From an uncultured virus (IMG/VR IMGVR_UViG_2049941000_000098) (taxonomy: Duplodnaviria > Heunggongvirae > Uroviricota > Caudoviricetes), in the IMG/VR virus record IMGVR_UViG_2049941000_000098: 41,907 nucleotides of DNA; one strand, 5' to 3'. Made by a program: the position numbers and the translations under genes. The notes under the pieces were generated by a model that was not told the DNA's origin, did not search any database, and worked only from the letters and a program-made list of their open reading frames with translations. Below, one piece after another: positions 38,324 through 41,907 of this stretch; within the stretch, counting starts at the first letter, position 1, and each line of letters opens with the position of its first letter.

Positions 38324-39117
38324 ATACGGAGAGGTTTACGAAGGATATTATTAATACCAACACTGTTGGTTGGTTTAAAGAATATATACGTACACGTACT
38401 TATGTGACTGGTGTGTTTAGTATAACGTTTATAACGGTTGTTATGATTGTTATTGTTATTACGATTGTAATCACAATAGTCATTCATATTACGGTTATAG
38501 TTGTAATCGTTATTACTGTTGTTACTATTATTATTATTATTATCTGCTGTCGTTGTTTTTCTCACCGTCCGATTTCTACAACCCAATACGCCGTGTGTAT
38601 GCTTTACGCTCCACATATACGGAAAAAGATATGGTCTGGCGTGTGGTTTTTCGGCACTTCCGTTTTGATTTGTTATGTTAATGGTAGAAGATTGTGATAA
38701 ATTGTAATTAAAATGATTAAAAAAGTTACGAAATGAAAGTATACAGGTATCTTTTTGTGATAGATTGTTAGAATTTGAAAATGATATGTGATTTGTAATG
38801 TTCATTAATGTAATGATGTAATGATATTGTCTTATGTTTTTGATTGTGCAAATATACGTGTTAATTTTTTACATTCCGACATAGTCGGTAAGTTTTTTTA
38901 TTTTTTCGGTTGACATAGCCATTTTGCCTTTCAGGAAGGCGTTAAGGTTCACANNNNNNNNNNNNNNNNNNNNNNNNNNNNNNNNNNNNNNNNNNNNNNN
39001 NNNNNNNNNNNNNNNNNNNNNNNNNNNNNNNNNNNNNNNNNNNTTAAGTTTTAATTGTTTCCGTGCGCAAAGATAACCGCATTATCATTACATTGTTAGG
39101 ATTGTTGATAAGTTGTG

Positions 39118-39843
39118 TCACGGTCGGTACAAACCAAAATGGTCAAAATTACGTTTTAGATTCGATTTCCATAAATAACGATTCACGTTTATTAGTTTGA
39201 TTGTGTTCGACGGTATTTCAAGTTGTTTGTAGTTTTCGAATTTGTCATCGGGTAATTTGATTTTACACACGGATATGTTGCTGCTTATTAAATACGGGGA
39301 CAGATATGTGTCGTCACACGTCGGGGAAATACGGAATGCCGCATTAAGGAAATTTGGTTCAAGGCGTGCGACGTTCGGGGGGAATATTTTGTTACAACCA
39401 ATCACATAATTTCCTTTAACGATTCCGTTTTTTTTGATTTGGTTTCTGTAAAAATATTCGTCAAATGATTTCACTTCCCAAAAATTAAAACCGTAAACCA
39501 TTGGTTTTCCGTTGTGTTTGTCGTATGTTTTGACGAACGATTCGTAATCGTAATCACTGTAATACAAATCATCGTCGATGACCCAAACAAATTTGTCGTC
39601 GAACTCCCGTTCGGTCAACGCTGTGTATTTTTTGTAACAGCGTATGTCTTCAGGTACAGTTCGCACGTCCAAGTTGTCGAATTGTTTTGACACAGATTTT
39701 GCGGATTCGTAATCGTCACGGGTGACATACAAAACAATCAATTCGGGTTTGAATCCGATTTGTTTGTTGATTGACTCAACCGATTGCGGCATTGTTGTTC
39801 TTATCCGTTTTCCGAATGAGGTTAATGTTACAATTGTTTCCAT
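39118..39843 (-). CDS. GT-A fold glycosyltransferase-like protein
   Basis: IVTLTSFGKRI, QIGFKPELIVLY, DIRCYKK, DxD motif VIDDDLYY, late TCDDTYLS. Confidence 0.75.
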   Translation of the reverse strand: METIVTLTSFGKRIRTTMPQSVESINKQIGFKPELIVLYVTRDDYESAKSVSKQFDNLDVRTVPEDIRCYKKYTALTEREFDDKFVWVIDDDLYYSDYDYESFVKTYDKHNGKPMVYGFNFWEVKSFDEYFYRNQIKKNGIVKGNYVIGCNKIFPPNVARLEPNFLNAAFRISPTCDDTYLSPYLISSNISVCKIKLPDDKFENYKQLEIPSNTIKLINVNRYLWKSNLKRNFDHFGLYRP

Positions 39844-39860
39844 TTCTGTATTTGTTTTTG

Positions 39861-41641
39861 TTACCATGTTTCCCCGTAATTTACCGTACCCATGTTGGTG
39901 TTCCAATAATGGATTTGACCGTCTGAATAATGATACTCTACATACCAATCAGCGGGTTTGGATTGTGCTTCACAATGGAATGTTATATTATTATTGTTGA
40001 ATGCCTCACACCCGATTGTTGTAACCGAAATTGGTGTTACATNNNNNNNNNNTAACGGTCTATTTTGGTTAAAGAATTTGGCATGACGATTTGTTGTGTT
40101 ACCCCTGTACAATATGCAAATGCGTATTCGCCAATCATAACCAGGGAATTGGATATAACTATTTGTGTCAATCCCGTGCATTGCTCAAATACGTTATCAC
40201 CAATTATCGTTACGGAATTAGGTATGGTTATTTGTGTTAATCCCGTACAATACAAGAATGCAGAGTTATTTATTTTGGTGATGGTATTAGGTATTGTTAC
40301 CGATGTTAAATTGTCACAATACGCGAATACACCGCCACCAATTTCTGTCACTGTATTCGGAATGGTTATTTGGTTTATGTTATTGGCTTTCAAATAACGT
40401 GCCACAACATTATAATTGGTTGCACGGTCATACGCCCAACATGTTAATGTGTACAAAACGCTTATATTCGGGAACGACACGTTTTGAACACCTATAAAAT
40501 TACCTTGACCGATTTGTCGTATTGTGCTTGGGAACGATATTGAACTTAAATTATTGTTTCTGAATGCGCCATCGCCAATTGTCACCAAATTGTTTGATAA
40601 TTGAACGGATGACAAACTCTCACAATTTTCAAACGCATAAAAATGAATTTCCGTCACCGAATTTGGAATGGTTATCGATGTCAACGATGTACAATCGTAA
40701 AAACATTGTGACACTATTTGTGTTATCGTATTTGATAAAACAACCGATGTTAAATCGTAACAATAAGCGAATACGCTTGTTTCTTCCCTGCCCTGGTAAC
40801 TGTATGGGGAATCACCACCACCATGTAAATGATAATTACGCCAAACATATGTTTCGCCACTATCTATCATATACCCGTAATCTTCCCAAAAACTATCATT
40901 TCCGTATTGTTGACTATATCCCAATATAGTTACAGAATTTGGAATTGTCATTTGGGTTAAATTTTCACAATATCCAAACGCATATGAACCGATTGTCGTT
41001 ACCGTGTTCGGAAGTGTTATTTGTTGCAAATTGTTACAACCNNNNNNNNNNCAACTAATGAACGAACCCCAACCGATTCGTTGTATTGTGTTCGGTATAG
41101 TTATTTGGGTAATGTTAGCCTGATAAAACGCGTCACGTCCCGTATTGTTGTTTATAATTATATTTTTAACCGTCAGCGTGTTGTTTCCGATTGTTATTTG
41201 TGACGGTATTGTAACGACGGTATTGTCACTATTGTAATAATCATCAATTGATAANNNNNNNNNNNNNNNNNNNNNNNNNNNNNNNNNNNNNNNNNNNNNN
41301 NNNNNNNNNNNNNNNNNNNNNNNNNNNNNNNNNNNNNNNNNNNNNNNNNNNNNNNNNNNNNNNNNNNNNNNNNNNNNNNNNNNNNNNNNNNNNNNNNNNN
41401 NNNNNNNNNNNNNNNNNNNNNNNNNNNNNNNNNNNNNNNNNNNNNNNNNNNNNNNNNNNNNNNNNNNNNNNNNNNNNNNNNNNNNNNNNNNNNNATCGGT
41501 CACATTTACTAAAATCAACCGATGTCAAAATGTGTGTTGCGTAATCGGAAAATTCACCGTATATTTCGTCATAATATGTGTCATTTTCATTATGAAAACT
41601 ATCGATGGAANNNNNNNNNNTTCTGTTACATAACGTGCCAT
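39861..41641 (-). CDS. BspA-like (LRR_5) leucine-rich repeat protein, gap-interrupted, 5' part uncertain
   Basis: Many C.NLTSITIPNSVT.IG..AF repeats; C-terminal HCEAQSKPADW...WN; probable ATG 41641 behind promoter box 41680-41687. Confidence 0.85.
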
Positions 41642-41728
41642 AACCGTATCGTTTTTAAATTCAACAAAATTTTAATACACAAATGTACACATAATTTTGA
41701 TACAAACAATACAATATGTAAAATATTT

Positions 41729-41905
41729 TTATATTAATATTTTATTATCCGTAACGGATTGAACATCAATATCTAACAAATGTCCCCAATCCGCCCCGAC
41801 GGACACGGTGGCGCGTAAAGGTAACGCCATCAACGGGTGTTGGAAATACATTGTGTCGTATATTTTGTGTATCGCGTCGCACAAATATTCCTTTTTGACG
41901 TAAAA
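41729..41905 (-). CDS. 3' end of a probable family A DNA polymerase (runs off the window)
   Basis: Manual translation FYVKKEYL...TM...LPLRATVSVGADWG fits the post-motif-C end of PolA (VPLxxxxxxGxNW). Confidence 0.6.
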   Translation of the reverse strand, partial: FYVKKEYLCDAIHKIYDTMYFQHPLMALPLRATVSVGADWGHLLDIDVQSVTDNKILI

Positions 41906-41907
41906 AA

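Noticed and set aside
38400..38545. AAC/AAT-rich tract as a DGR template repeat
   Set aside because: No matching variable repeat found by eye (including the LRR C-terminus) and no reverse transcriptase in the window.
163..41737. The + strand ORFs in the track
   Set aside because: Almost all are antisense shadows of - strand genes, with no recognisable motifs or promoters.
60..41907. Alternative genetic code (stop-codon recoding)
   Set aside because: Conserved genes (terL, sbcD, sbcC, antirepressor) read through intact in the standard code, and TAA, TGA and TAG all occur at plausible gene ends.

Overview
A gapped (many N runs) 42-kb segment of a large tailed dsDNA phage, with essentially all genes on the - strand. 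About 20 TAnnTTTG-type promoter boxes point to a Bacteroidota host. Left to right: terminase large subunit; an ~8-kb cluster of acidic modular proteins punctuated by a recurring [K/R]-[V/I]-x-D-[S/N/A] motif (candidate capsid-packaged, protease-processed polyproteins), which also holds RNase HI, a RelE/Gp49-like toxin fragment and a SWIM + catalytically dead PolX fusion; ~17 kb of small accessory genes in paralogous families; a solo TnpB with intact right end; SbcD plus an SbcC split at the zinc hook; BRO-N, KilA-N and BRO-ANT regulators, the last under a C4/CI-like antisense RNA leader; a degenerate ATP-dependent ligase; a glycosyltransferase; a BspA-like LRR protein; and the 3' end of a probable family A DNA polymerase. 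A palindromic operator overlaps seven promoters. All functional calls come from reading motifs by eye; no database searches were run.
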